Shown: positions 42,862 to 52,253 of the stretch, piece after piece | Numbering within the stretch: position 1 is the first letter of the stretch | Layout: each line of letters starts with the position of its first letter | IMG/VR virus record: IMGVR_UViG_3300032038_000012 | Span: 71,792-135,791 of that record | Reading direction: 5' to 3' (one strand) | DNA from: a virus | Taxonomy: Duplodnaviria > Caudoviricetes | DNA: 64,000 nt | Program-made: the position numbers and the translations under genes | Notes under the pieces: model-generated | The model's input: the letters and a program-made list of their open reading frames with translations, nothing else | Databases searched by the model: none | What the model was told of the DNA's origin: nothing

Positions 42862-43884
42862 TTATTTAACTAGGTCTTGTAAATCTGATACGATTAAACT
42901 AATTGCTTCAACTTGGTTTCTATCACATTGATTAACCTTATTTCCGCGTCCTAGATATTTATCTGTGATTTGAACAATTTTAGGTTGCCATTCAGCTACG
43001 AATTTTTCTTCACCAGCTGATTCGATGATTCCACTTACGATATCATTGAAAGTAGATACAAGTTCGTCAAAATCAAGTTCTTTAGTAGTGTCTTGATATG
43101 CGTTAGATTTTTCCTCTGTGAAGAATTCTTTTCCATCTTCGCTAGCTTGTTTGTCAATAGCTTCACCTATTGCTTTTACAAGATTATCATAACTAAAATC
43201 AATATATTCTGGAGTATATTTGAATCTAGATCCAGCCATATATCTTGGAGTACCTCTCATAAATAATTTAGTTTCAAGTTCTCCTTTATCATTTGTTACT
43301 ACTCTTGAATATCCAATTATATCTGTCATACGAGAAACAATATTTGTTGCTCTTTTATCAAGAGTTGGAACAATTTTATTATATTCTTGTCCTTGTTCAT
43401 CAGTAAAAGTCTTATCAGTTGCGTGGCTGATTAATACTAAACCATACCCCATTTGTACGATGCTTCTTAAACTTTCATCGAATTCTTGTGCAACTTGACC
43501 ATACCCCTTACCAAAAGGAATATCACTAATACTATCTACTCCGAAACTTCCATCTGGACGTTTCGCATTATCACATATATATTTTGTTACATAATCGTAA
43601 GCGATGTCCGCAGTATCGATTATGATAGTTTCAAACATTTCTTTTGCTTTATCTTCTTTTAATTGACGTAAAACCTTCTTGAATTCAGCCCAGTTATTAA
43701 TAGGTTGAGCCATAATTCCAGGAATAGCCATATAACCTTTTTCAAAAGCTAGTAATAATGAATGAGGGAAATGAGCGGCAGTTGTTGTTTTACCGGTCTT
43801 TGGATCTCCATAAAAGAAAACTGAATATCCCTTTAAATTATAACTAACTTGGTGAGGTTGAATATTAAAAATATCTATTGCCAT
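42862..43884 (-). CDS. AAA_24 / Sak4-like recombination ATPase
   Basis: YGDPKTGKTT, IIIDT, LISH, AGSR. Confidence 0.85.
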   Translation of the reverse strand: MAIDIFNIQPHQVSYNLKGYSVFFYGDPKTGKTTTAAHFPHSLLLAFEKGYMAIPGIMAQPINNWAEFKKVLRQLKEDKAKEMFETIIIDTADIAYDYVTKYICDNAKRPDGSFGVDSISDIPFGKGYGQVAQEFDESLRSIVQMGYGLVLISHATDKTFTDEQGQEYNKIVPTLDKRATNIVSRMTDIIGYSRVVTNDKGELETKLFMRGTPRYMAGSRFKYTPEYIDFSYDNLVKAIGEAIDKQASEDGKEFFTEEKSNAYQDTTKELDFDELVSTFNDIVSGIIESAGEEKFVAEWQPKIVQITDKYLGRGNKVNQCDRNQVEAISLIVSDLQDLVK

Positions 43885-43952
43885 TTTTATCTCTCCTTCT
43901 TATTAAAAATAAGGACGGCGGGATGCCGCCCTTTAGTTAGTTAATTTTTATC

Positions 43953-44891
43953 TTAGAAATTAAATCCGCCTGGTGCTGCTGCAGTTGTTGCAGGTGCTGG
44001 AGTTGAAGCTGCTTTTTGAGCTCTATATTCATCGCTACGAGTTTTAATTTCTGCTAATAAAGTTTGTCTATCTTGCATAGCTTTTGTTAACTCTTCACTT
44101 GTTAATATTTTTTCATCTCCAAAATCATAAGGTACTTTTGCAGTTCCTGTGATGTTCCATGCTTTTGTTTTTCTTGTATAAGTTCTTACTGATTCTTCAC
44201 CAAATGCAGAATCTTCTTTAATTTCAACTGGAATATTCATACATTCAATTTTTCCCCAAACTTTTGTGAAGACTGGAGCTGAATTAGATACTTCTAAATC
44301 TAAGAAATATTTCATTCCATCTTTATGTCTTACTGTGAATTCAACTGGTAATAATGAATTTCTGAAGTTGAAAATTGCACCTTTTACAGTTACATAAGCA
44401 TCCTCATTTCTTTCTTCGTTTGCTTCTACTTCTTTTACTCCTGTAATTACCATATCAGCTGAGAATGTATTTCTTTCTCCTTCTGCTCCTAGTTCATTAA
44501 CTAGAGTTACAAATCCACCTTCATTAGTTTTTACAGATACTAATTCATCATTATTTTCTCCTGTGTAGAAGTCATTTAATGCGATAGCTGTATCAATTCT
44601 AACCTTTTGAGCTTCATCTTTACCATTTGCAATCCAAGTTTTTCCTTCATCAATTATCTTTTTTAAATTTGCATAAGTTGCATTTTTATTACCTGCAGAT
44701 GTAGTTTCAGTTACATATGTGTAGTGAACTGGGATAATGTTTAATCCTTCTTCATCTACTGCAACTTCTAATTGACCTGAGATAAATTCTTTTCCAAAGT
44801 TTGCTGAAGTTTGATTTTGAACTGTTTTAATAGTTAAATTATGTTGATAAACTCTTCCTTCAATTCTTTCTGTGTTAATCATTTTTTTCAT
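43953..44891 (-). CDS. Putative ssDNA-binding protein
   Basis: Next to Sak4; two beta/OB-like halves, low-complexity tail ending GGFNF. Confidence 0.6.
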   Translation of the reverse strand: MKKMINTERIEGRVYQHNLTIKTVQNQTSANFGKEFISGQLEVAVDEEGLNIIPVHYTYVTETTSAGNKNATYANLKKIIDEGKTWIANGKDEAQKVRIDTAIALNDFYTGENNDELVSVKTNEGGFVTLVNELGAEGERNTFSADMVITGVKEVEANEERNEDAYVTVKGAIFNFRNSLLPVEFTVRHKDGMKYFLDLEVSNSAPVFTKVWGKIECMNIPVEIKEDSAFGEESVRTYTRKTKAWNITGTAKVPYDFGDEKILTSEELTKAMQDRQTLLAEIKTRSDEYRAQKAASTPAPATTAAAPGGFNF

Positions 44892-44937
44892 AATACTTTT
44901 CTTCTCCTTTTCTCTTTTTCTTCAAACTTATATAAAT

Positions 44938-44966
44938 ATTATATCAAAATTTTTATTCTTTGTCAA
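44938..44966 (-). promoter_or_regulatory. SigA-type promoter TTGACA-17-TATAAT
   Basis: Perfect consensus. Confidence 0.85.
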
Positions 44967-45309
44967 ACTCATACGATTTTCCTAGCTCAGTTAACCCATA
45001 TGCAACTGGGTTGGCACCAACTTTTTCTACAAAGCCATCATTGATTAGCTTCTTAATTGAACCTGAAACTGAACGAGGTGTCATAAATAACAGTTCTCCA
45101 ATTTCCTTTGCTTTGAAAACATTTATATATTTTTGCTCATTCTCTCTCATACACTTGAAAATTTTAAGCCCGTTCTCTGTGAATGTTTTTGAGCTATTTC
45201 CGCCTTTAAACATTGCTATTAACTTGTTCATATCTTCTTGGTCGAACTCATAATTATTAACAGTATGATTAAAATGTTGTTCTAAAAACTCTTTAATTTC
45301 TTTTTCCAT
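44953..45309 (-). CDS. Winged-helix DNA-binding protein
   Basis: KAKEIGELL..RSVSGSIKKLINDGFVEK..YGLTELG. Confidence 0.75.
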   Translation of the reverse strand: MEKEIKEFLEQHFNHTVNNYEFDQEDMNKLIAMFKGGNSSKTFTENGLKIFKCMRENEQKYINVFKAKEIGELLFMTPRSVSGSIKKLINDGFVEKVGANPVAYGLTELGKSYEFDKE

Positions 45310-45387
45310 TTTCTCTTACCTTTCCTTTCTAATTATATTATATCATATTTTTTATATTTTATCAACAAAAGAGCCATAATTGTAGAA

Positions 45388-46026
45388 TTAGGTTATATGT
45401 TTTGATCGAAGTACTTCGTTACAAATATGTAGGTTGTATGCTTTTTCAGGCGTTAGCCACCATCCGCTACGTTTTTCATAGTCAGATTCAGTTACTTTTG
45501 TTCCTTCCATAAGCATATCATGTAATTCAGTTTGTTGTTCTTTTATGAAATCCTCATAATTAGATTGAGCTTCTCCTAAATTAAAAAATGCTAAATCTTT
45601 TTCATAATAGAAAGATGCTCTAGGATAAGAATATCTCTTTAATCCAGCTAAATAAATATAGAAAGCTTCTTTAAACACATTTCCAATATTTACTGTATAA
45701 ACTGGGGTTCTAGATAATTTAATAGTGTCTATAATAGTTAATGCTGCAGACAAAGAACCTCCGCGTGAATCTATATAAAGTTTAATGGGTTCTCTTTGAG
45801 TCGTAATACTATCTTCATCTACATTATTCCAAAAACGAACAAATTTATCAAATTGATTTGCTATTGTTGGAGTAATATTATCTAAATAAAACTCTCTATT
45901 TAAATGGCTTGTTACTTCAATAGCTGTATAAAGTTGTTCAAGACTACCGTCAAAGTTAGTGAAAGTATTTTGAACATAAGTATCTCTCCAAACTTGAGGT
46001 TTTTTAGTATTTGTTATACGCCACAT
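45388..46026 (-). CDS. ClpP-fold protein lacking the catalytic Ser and His
   Basis: PIKLYIDSRGGS..IDTIK..PVYT..G..WLTPEKA matches ClpP; the AASMG site reads VFKEA and the MIHQP site reads YYEKD. Confidence 0.8.
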   Translation of the reverse strand: MWRITNTKKPQVWRDTYVQNTFTNFDGSLEQLYTAIEVTSHLNREFYLDNITPTIANQFDKFVRFWNNVDEDSITTQREPIKLYIDSRGGSLSAALTIIDTIKLSRTPVYTVNIGNVFKEAFYIYLAGLKRYSYPRASFYYEKDLAFFNLGEAQSNYEDFIKEQQTELHDMLMEGTKVTESDYEKRSGWWLTPEKAYNLHICNEVLRSKHIT

Positions 46027-46091
46027 AATATCTTTTCTCCTTTTCTATTTATATTATATTATATTTTTTATATTTTATCAAATTAATTCTT

Positions 46092-46958
46092 TTAATTATT
46101 ACCTCTTGTACTATTTAAACCATAATCATAACTTTTATATAATTCTATATAAAATTTTTCTTTTTCGTTTAATTCATCTTTTGGGCACTCTTCAAGTAAT
46201 TCAAAAGTGAAATTCTCTAATCCTTGTTGTTGCATTATTTCATAAAATTTATTTTGAGGGGCGTCAATTCCTAAACCGGCTTTCATATGGTCGCGGAAAC
46301 GCTCTTTTACATCTACCGCCTGCCCTATATAACACCTACCATCAATTAGACTTGTAATTTTATAAATCCCAGTCTTTTTGTTTGGGCCTAGGACATTACT
46401 ACATAAAGTATTTGCTTTTTTAAGATAATAAGTACTCCATATCAACATTCTAAGTGGGCGGGGATCCCTTAACATATCTTCTATACTTTTGATAATTTTT
46501 ATTTCTCTCTTTTCAACATCAGGGATAGTCAAAGTATAAAAATCTTTATTCTCTTTGATTTCTTGCTCTTTAAGTTGAGCATTAATTGCGGCAGCACGGG
46601 TTGAAGCGATTTTATCGAGTTCTTTTTTATTATACTCGATTTGTTCTAATATTCCTTGTTGTGATTGGTCATATGCTTCTTCTAATCTAGCTACTCTTGC
46701 ATCATATTCTTTTTCTTTTTCATTATATAATAAATCTAATTGGTCAGAATAAACAGACATAGCATTCGACATATTTTCTTTCATATGCCCGACTGTCTGT
46801 TCATACATTTGAATTTCTTTTTCTTTTCTTTGTTTTTCTTCTTCTAATCCTTTATTAATTTCTTCTATTTCTTTATTTATTTCTACTTTCTTGTTAGTTT
46901 TAATAAATAAAAATAAAGAAATAATAAATAAGATTAACCCTATTATAAAAAATATCAT
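46092..46958 (-). CDS. Membrane-anchored coiled-coil protein with C-terminal GIY-YIG domain
   Basis: N-terminal TM, heptads, TGIYKIT..CYIGQA..ERFRDH..LNEKEKFYI..GLN. Confidence 0.85.
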   Translation of the reverse strand: MIFFIIGLILFIISLFLFIKTNKKVEINKEIEEINKGLEEEKQRKEKEIQMYEQTVGHMKENMSNAMSVYSDQLDLLYNEKEKEYDARVARLEEAYDQSQQGILEQIEYNKKELDKIASTRAAAINAQLKEQEIKENKDFYTLTIPDVEKREIKIIKSIEDMLRDPRPLRMLIWSTYYLKKANTLCSNVLGPNKKTGIYKITSLIDGRCYIGQAVDVKERFRDHMKAGLGIDAPQNKFYEIMQQQGLENFTFELLEECPKDELNEKEKFYIELYKSYDYGLNSTRGNN

Positions 46959-47030
46959 TAAAACTTTCCTTTCTAATAAAAAAGGAGGTGGGATTACTCC
47001 CACCTCTCACTCGCTTTATTTATATTAAAA

Positions 47031-47300
47031 TTATTCAGCGTCTTCTTTAGCTTCAGGATCAAAGTTTCTTCCTTCATCTGTTAAAACGATGAATTTAACT
47101 GCTTTGTGGCTTCCATCTTCTAATTCGATTTCAGCTGCGTTTCTAGCCATTAATCCTTTTCTTTGGAATGCTGAAGTAACGATTCCGTTTACTGATCTTA
47201 CTTCTAATCCAGTTCCTTCAGCGATATCAGCTGCAGTAATATTTTCTCCTTCATGAGCTTTTACATAATTAAATACGATTTTACTATTTTCTTTTAACAT
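47031..47300 (-). CDS. Winged-helix DNA-binding protein
   Basis: ITAADIAEGTGLEVRSVNGIV..LTDEG; own perfect promoter (47353-47381) and terminator. Confidence 0.75.
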   Translation of the reverse strand: MLKENSKIVFNYVKAHEGENITAADIAEGTGLEVRSVNGIVTSAFQRKGLMARNAAEIELEDGSHKAVKFIVLTDEGRNFDPEAKEDAE

Positions 47301-47496
47301 TTTCTTTCTCTCCTTCTTTTTTGTTGTATTCGTAATTTATTATTACATATATATTATATCAAAAAATTATTTTTTTGTCAATAATATATTTCTTTAATCT
47401 AGACACATTATTTGCTTATCTCGTTCTTGATTAGTATTTTGTGAAAAGATTAAATATTCTTCTCTCATCTTTTCTAATAATATTATACCATAAAAA

Positions 47497-49434
47497 TTAA
47501 TTTATGTCAAATATTTTTTGAAAATCTTCTTCTGACAAGATTGGTATACCCAATTCTTGTGCTTTTTTGTTCTTAGCTGACGTAGAATTAATATCATTAT
47601 TGATTAGGTAATTTGTGTTTTTTGACACAGAGCCAGTAACTTTACCACCTAGGGACTCAATAAGAGCTGATAAACTGTCTCTATTTTTCCATATGTGTAC
47701 TTTACCTGTTACACAAAAAGTTAAATCTTTTAATTTTAGTTCATTTTCTTCTTTTTTATTTTCTTTTATTTGTAAATAATTATCTACAATATAATCTAAT
47801 TCACTATAATCAAAATCACTTATCGCTTTATGCATTTCCCAGCCATATCCGCCGAAACTTGTGAAATCAAAACCACTTTCAACGGCTTCTCTGAATTCAG
47901 AGTAAGACCCAAATCTTTTGGATAAATCTTTTCCGACTGTTCTTCCAATAAGAGGGATACCCGCTGCAGAGATAACGGCTTCAAGAGAACAAGATTTACA
48001 GTCTTCGATGGCTTGTAGTATTTTTTCAACAGATTTTTCACCAAATCCTTGCATCTTTTCCCATTCTTTTTTATGTTCTTTAAGTTTGAAAACATCTTTG
48101 ATACTTTCAACCCAACCCCAATCAATAAGTTTTTCAAAGGTTGCCTTTGATAATCCTTTTGCATCTAAGCCCTTCTTTCCAAAGAAATGGTCTAAACGAT
48201 TGATTAATTTTCCTTCACAACTAGGATTAGAGCAATACAAAACTCTTACTCCATTTTCACCTTTTATAATCGTAGGTTCTCCGCAAATAGGACATACGGC
48301 AGGAATATTAATTAAACTTGCGATTTCTCCTTCATAAGGTAATACCCTAGATATTTGAGGAATAATCATATTTGCTTTATAAACCATTACTTTTGTGTCT
48401 TGGTATCTAATTCCTAATTCATCCATAATACTAATATTATGAAGACTAGCTCTAGATACTTCGCTACCATCAATATTTATAGGTTCTAATAGAGCCACAG
48501 GAGTAAGAACTCCTGTTCTTCCCATAGTCCATTCTACATCTCTTAATATTGTTTCATATTCTTCATCGTAGAATTTATATGCTAATCCACCTTTAAAATG
48601 ATGGTCTGTTTTACCAGCAGCTTCGTATTCGCTACATTTATTATACTTGAATACCACTCCATCAATAGGGTATTCAAGTTTTTGACAATCAAGCTGTATG
48701 TTTTTTATTACTTTTTCTATGTTATAATTAGAAATGTCTCTGCGAGTAGGGACAACAGTAAAACCAAAATCTGATAGTTTGCATAATTTACCTAATAAAG
48801 TAAAATCATTTAGTCCTTTTATACAATCCCATGCTACGAAGCTAAGTTTTCTCATAGAACTTTCTTTGCTATCTAATAGTCTAATACTTCCTGATGCAAA
48901 ATTTCTCGGATTTTTATACTCAGATTCAAACTCTTTAAAATTTTCATAAGTACAAATTATTTCTCCATCTACAATTAATTCATCTTGAAAATTAATTCTA
49001 TTAGGAATATTTTTTACTTGTAAGGCGTTATGAAGAATATCTTCTCCTACTAATCCATTTCCGCGAGTTTCTGCAGATATAAGTCTACCATTAACATATC
49101 TTAAAGAACAAGTTAAACCGTCCATTTTTGCCATAGCGATATAATCATTATTATAAACGAATTTTTGTATTTCATTTATATCTTTTGTTTTATCTAATGA
49201 TAACATAGGATGATTATGCTCTACTTTGTTTAATTTACTTACAACTTGAAAATTAACTTTTTGAGTAGGGCTTTCTTCTAAATAAATACCGCTTTCTTTT
49301 TCTAATTCTTGAAGTTCAAAATACATATCGTCCCATTCTTTGTCAGAAATTTCTGGGCGACCTTCGTCGTAAAGTTTAGTATAATAATTTAATTTTTCAA
49401 CTAATTCTTTAATTTTTAAAAGTTCCATAACCAT
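47497..49434 (-). CDS. ligA: NAD-dependent DNA ligase
   Basis: HPMLSLDK, KMDG, TRGNG, NPRNFASG, GRTG, Zn finger, BRCT. Confidence 0.96.
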   Translation of the reverse strand: MVMELLKIKELVEKLNYYTKLYDEGRPEISDKEWDDMYFELQELEKESGIYLEESPTQKVNFQVVSKLNKVEHNHPMLSLDKTKDINEIQKFVYNNDYIAMAKMDGLTCSLRYVNGRLISAETRGNGLVGEDILHNALQVKNIPNRINFQDELIVDGEIICTYENFKEFESEYKNPRNFASGSIRLLDSKESSMRKLSFVAWDCIKGLNDFTLLGKLCKLSDFGFTVVPTRRDISNYNIEKVIKNIQLDCQKLEYPIDGVVFKYNKCSEYEAAGKTDHHFKGGLAYKFYDEEYETILRDVEWTMGRTGVLTPVALLEPINIDGSEVSRASLHNISIMDELGIRYQDTKVMVYKANMIIPQISRVLPYEGEIASLINIPAVCPICGEPTIIKGENGVRVLYCSNPSCEGKLINRLDHFFGKKGLDAKGLSKATFEKLIDWGWVESIKDVFKLKEHKKEWEKMQGFGEKSVEKILQAIEDCKSCSLEAVISAAGIPLIGRTVGKDLSKRFGSYSEFREAVESGFDFTSFGGYGWEMHKAISDFDYSELDYIVDNYLQIKENKKEENELKLKDLTFCVTGKVHIWKNRDSLSALIESLGGKVTGSVSKNTNYLINNDINSTSAKNKKAQELGIPILSEEDFQKIFDIN

Positions 49435-49495
49435 CTCAACTCCTTTATATAAATATTATATCATTATTTTTAAAAAATATCAAATAAGGTAACCT

Positions 49496-49714
49496 TTAGC
49501 AGGTTACCTTATATGGTTCTTCTAGACCGTAGTCACCATTTCCGCCAGTAAAAGTAATTGTAGGTTTATAACAAGGATATTGAGATTTTAATTCTTCATA
49601 TTTTCCTTTTATAATTAACAATTCTTTATATTCTTCTAGGGGAATTGTGATTTGTTTTTCATCTAAAGCATGATAATATCCAACAGTGATATTACTTGTT
49701 TCTTTCTTATCCAT
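49496..49714 (-). CDS. Hypothetical protein
   Basis: RBS; terminator overlaps the stop. Confidence 0.6.
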   Translation of the reverse strand: MDKKETSNITVGYYHALDEKQITIPLEEYKELLIIKGKYEELKSQYPCYKPTITFTGGNGDYGLEEPYKVTC

Positions 49715-49724
49715 AAAATTCTCC

Positions 49725-52067
49725 TTATAATTTTATAATAGAGCCTATTTCGCCTTGTTTAATCATAATATTTCCAGTTGCAGTACGTCCTAATAAAGGG
49801 ACTTCATTAGCGGCTATACAAATTGCATTCTTGCCTGATAATAATAAATTATCAGTTTCTGAAACCATTGCTGCACCTACTACTGGACCTGTTCCAGGAG
49901 TTTCTTTATATATGATTACTCCTTTTCCATTCTTACCTTGAAGTGGGAATTCATCTAAGCTAGTTTTCTTTCCATATCCATATTTTGTAAATACTGCTAA
50001 TTGTTCGTTTTTATTTATTATAGGTAATCCAACTAATACTTCGTCATCTTCTGCTAATTTTATTGCTTTAATTCCTGATGTAGCTCTTCCTATTGCAGAA
50101 ACATCTTTAGTATCTATATGGATACATTGACCTTTTTTAGTTATGATTATCATTTCTTCTTCATCCATGATTTCGATATTAGCGATACTATCTCCATCTT
50201 TTATTTTAATTGCCGCAATTCCTGTACTTCTTTTAGTTTTAATATATTCTTCTAATAAAGTTTTCTTTAAAAGTCCTTTTTTAGTTATGAAGATAACATA
50301 TTTTTTATTATTTTTTCTTTCTAATGTTGTTACAGCAATTACTTTTTCAGTAGGTTCCATATTTATAAGGCTACCAATACCAACACCTTTTGATGCATTT
50401 GTTCCAGCTGGTATATTATCAACTAATAATCTATACATTTTTCCTGTATTAGTGAAAGCTAATAATGTATCTATTGTGTTTGTTGCTATTGTATCAAGGA
50501 TCGCGTCGTCTTCTGTTTTAACGCCCTTTCCGCCCTTTCTTTGTACTCTAAAGCTAGATTTTGCAACTCTTTTAATTTCTCCAGAATTAGATATGATTAC
50601 AACTACATCTTCAGGAGTAACTGTTTCAATCTCTTTTTCTTCTGGTTTAATTTCGATATGATCTAGTTCTGTTCTTCTATCATCTCCGTATTTTTTAACA
50701 ATAGATTCAAGTCTTTCACGAACAGTTTTCTCTTGAGCTTCTCTACTTTCAATTAAATGAGATAATTCGATTACTGATTTATCTAATTCAGCTTTTTCTT
50801 CATTTAATTCTACTTTTTCAAGACTTGCTAATTTTCCTAGTTTCATATCTATAATTGCTTTTGCTTGAGGTTCAGTAAATTTATATTCTTTGATTAAGCC
50901 ATCTTTTGCGGCAACACTGCTCGCAGACTTTTTAATAAAAGCAATTATATTATCTATATCTTCTAAAGCTCGTAGTAAACCATCAACAATTTCTTGTCTT
51001 GCTTTTGCTTTTGCTAAATCAAAAGTTGCCTCTTTCACAATACAATTTACATTATGGTCTACATAAAGTTTTATACATTGTTTCAAGTTTAATTCAGTTG
51101 GAGTTTTATCAATTAATGCAACTTGATTATATGATATAGAAGTTTGTAAATTAGTTTTTAAATATAATTTCTTTGCGATTGAGTCGGGATCTATACCCTT
51201 TTGGCATATGACAACTATTCTTAAACCTTTTTTATTACTTTCATCACGGATTTCCGCAATTCCTTCGATTTCTTTAGCGTCACAAACAGCGCCAATCTCA
51301 CTCATTAATCCTTCTATTGTTGTTCCATAAGGAATTTCATAGAATACTAAATTACCTTTTTCAACTTTATATCTTGCTCTAACTTTTACACTTCCATGTC
51401 CAGTTTTCATTATTGCTGGAATATCATTTTTATTTATAACAATTCCACCTGTTGGAAAATCTGGTCCTGGTAACATAGGTTCTTTACCATCCATATAATC
51501 ATAAATTGCTTGAGCTACTTCTTTTAAGTTATGAGGTAGCCAGTTACATGCCATTGCGACACCAATTCCGCTATTTGGATTACATAATAAGTTAGGGAAT
51601 ATAGCAGGTAAAGTAACTGGTTCATTTGCATCTTCAGAGTAGTTAAGAATAAAATCTACATTATTCTTTTTAATTCCAGCTAACATTCCATCTTCAGCAA
51701 TTTTTGAAAGTCTTGCTTCTGTGTAACGAGCTGCAGCTGGTCCATCTCCTGCGATATTACCATTATTACCGTGCCAATCTATAAGAGGGTATCTCATAAC
51801 CCAATCTTGAGATAATCTAACCATAGCTCCATAAATAGAACTATCTCCATGTGGGTGATACTTCCCCATAACATCTCCGACTATTCTAGCTGCTTTTACA
51901 TGGGGTTTAGAATAAGTTCTTCCGCTTTCAAAAGATGACCATAATATTCTTTTTGCTACTGGTTTAAGTCCAGATAATGCGTCAGGAATAGCACGATCTG
52001 TATTAACAGCAACAGCATATTCAATAAAGTTCGTTCCTAATTCGTGTACTAAATCATTTGTTATCAT
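49725..52067 (-). CDS. gyrA: Type IIA topoisomerase subunit A (gyrase-like)
   Basis: HPHGDSS, AARYTEARL, GyrA-box QRKGGKG, beta-pinwheel CTD. Confidence 0.93.
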   Translation of the reverse strand: MITNDLVHELGTNFIEYAVAVNTDRAIPDALSGLKPVAKRILWSSFESGRTYSKPHVKAARIVGDVMGKYHPHGDSSIYGAMVRLSQDWVMRYPLIDWHGNNGNIAGDGPAAARYTEARLSKIAEDGMLAGIKKNNVDFILNYSEDANEPVTLPAIFPNLLCNPNSGIGVAMACNWLPHNLKEVAQAIYDYMDGKEPMLPGPDFPTGGIVINKNDIPAIMKTGHGSVKVRARYKVEKGNLVFYEIPYGTTIEGLMSEIGAVCDAKEIEGIAEIRDESNKKGLRIVVICQKGIDPDSIAKKLYLKTNLQTSISYNQVALIDKTPTELNLKQCIKLYVDHNVNCIVKEATFDLAKAKARQEIVDGLLRALEDIDNIIAFIKKSASSVAAKDGLIKEYKFTEPQAKAIIDMKLGKLASLEKVELNEEKAELDKSVIELSHLIESREAQEKTVRERLESIVKKYGDDRRTELDHIEIKPEEKEIETVTPEDVVVIISNSGEIKRVAKSSFRVQRKGGKGVKTEDDAILDTIATNTIDTLLAFTNTGKMYRLLVDNIPAGTNASKGVGIGSLINMEPTEKVIAVTTLERKNNKKYVIFITKKGLLKKTLLEEYIKTKRSTGIAAIKIKDGDSIANIEIMDEEEMIIITKKGQCIHIDTKDVSAIGRATSGIKAIKLAEDDEVLVGLPIINKNEQLAVFTKYGYGKKTSLDEFPLQGKNGKGVIIYKETPGTGPVVGAAMVSETDNLLLSGKNAICIAANEVPLLGRTATGNIMIKQGEIGSIIKL

Positions 52068-52243
52068 TATTCATTATCCTCCTTTACCATTATCATTTCT
52101 CCATCTTTTAAATTATTATTAATTTCAACTTTTATGCTATTCATTAAATCTGTTGCCGCCTTTAGTTTTGCGAAAACATTTTTAGTGTCTGGGATTAAAT
52201 CTTTCATCATTTTAAGAGTTTCTTCATTTACCATTATTTTCAT
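52067..52243 (-). CDS. Small hypothetical protein (58 aa) between gyrB and gyrA
   Basis: GGAGG RBS, MKIMVNEETLK...; stop overlaps the gyrA ATG. Confidence 0.65.
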   Translation of the reverse strand: MKIMVNEETLKMMKDLIPDTKNVFAKLKAATDLMNSIKVEINNNLKDGEMIMVKEDNE

Positions 52244-52253
52244 AAGACACCTC

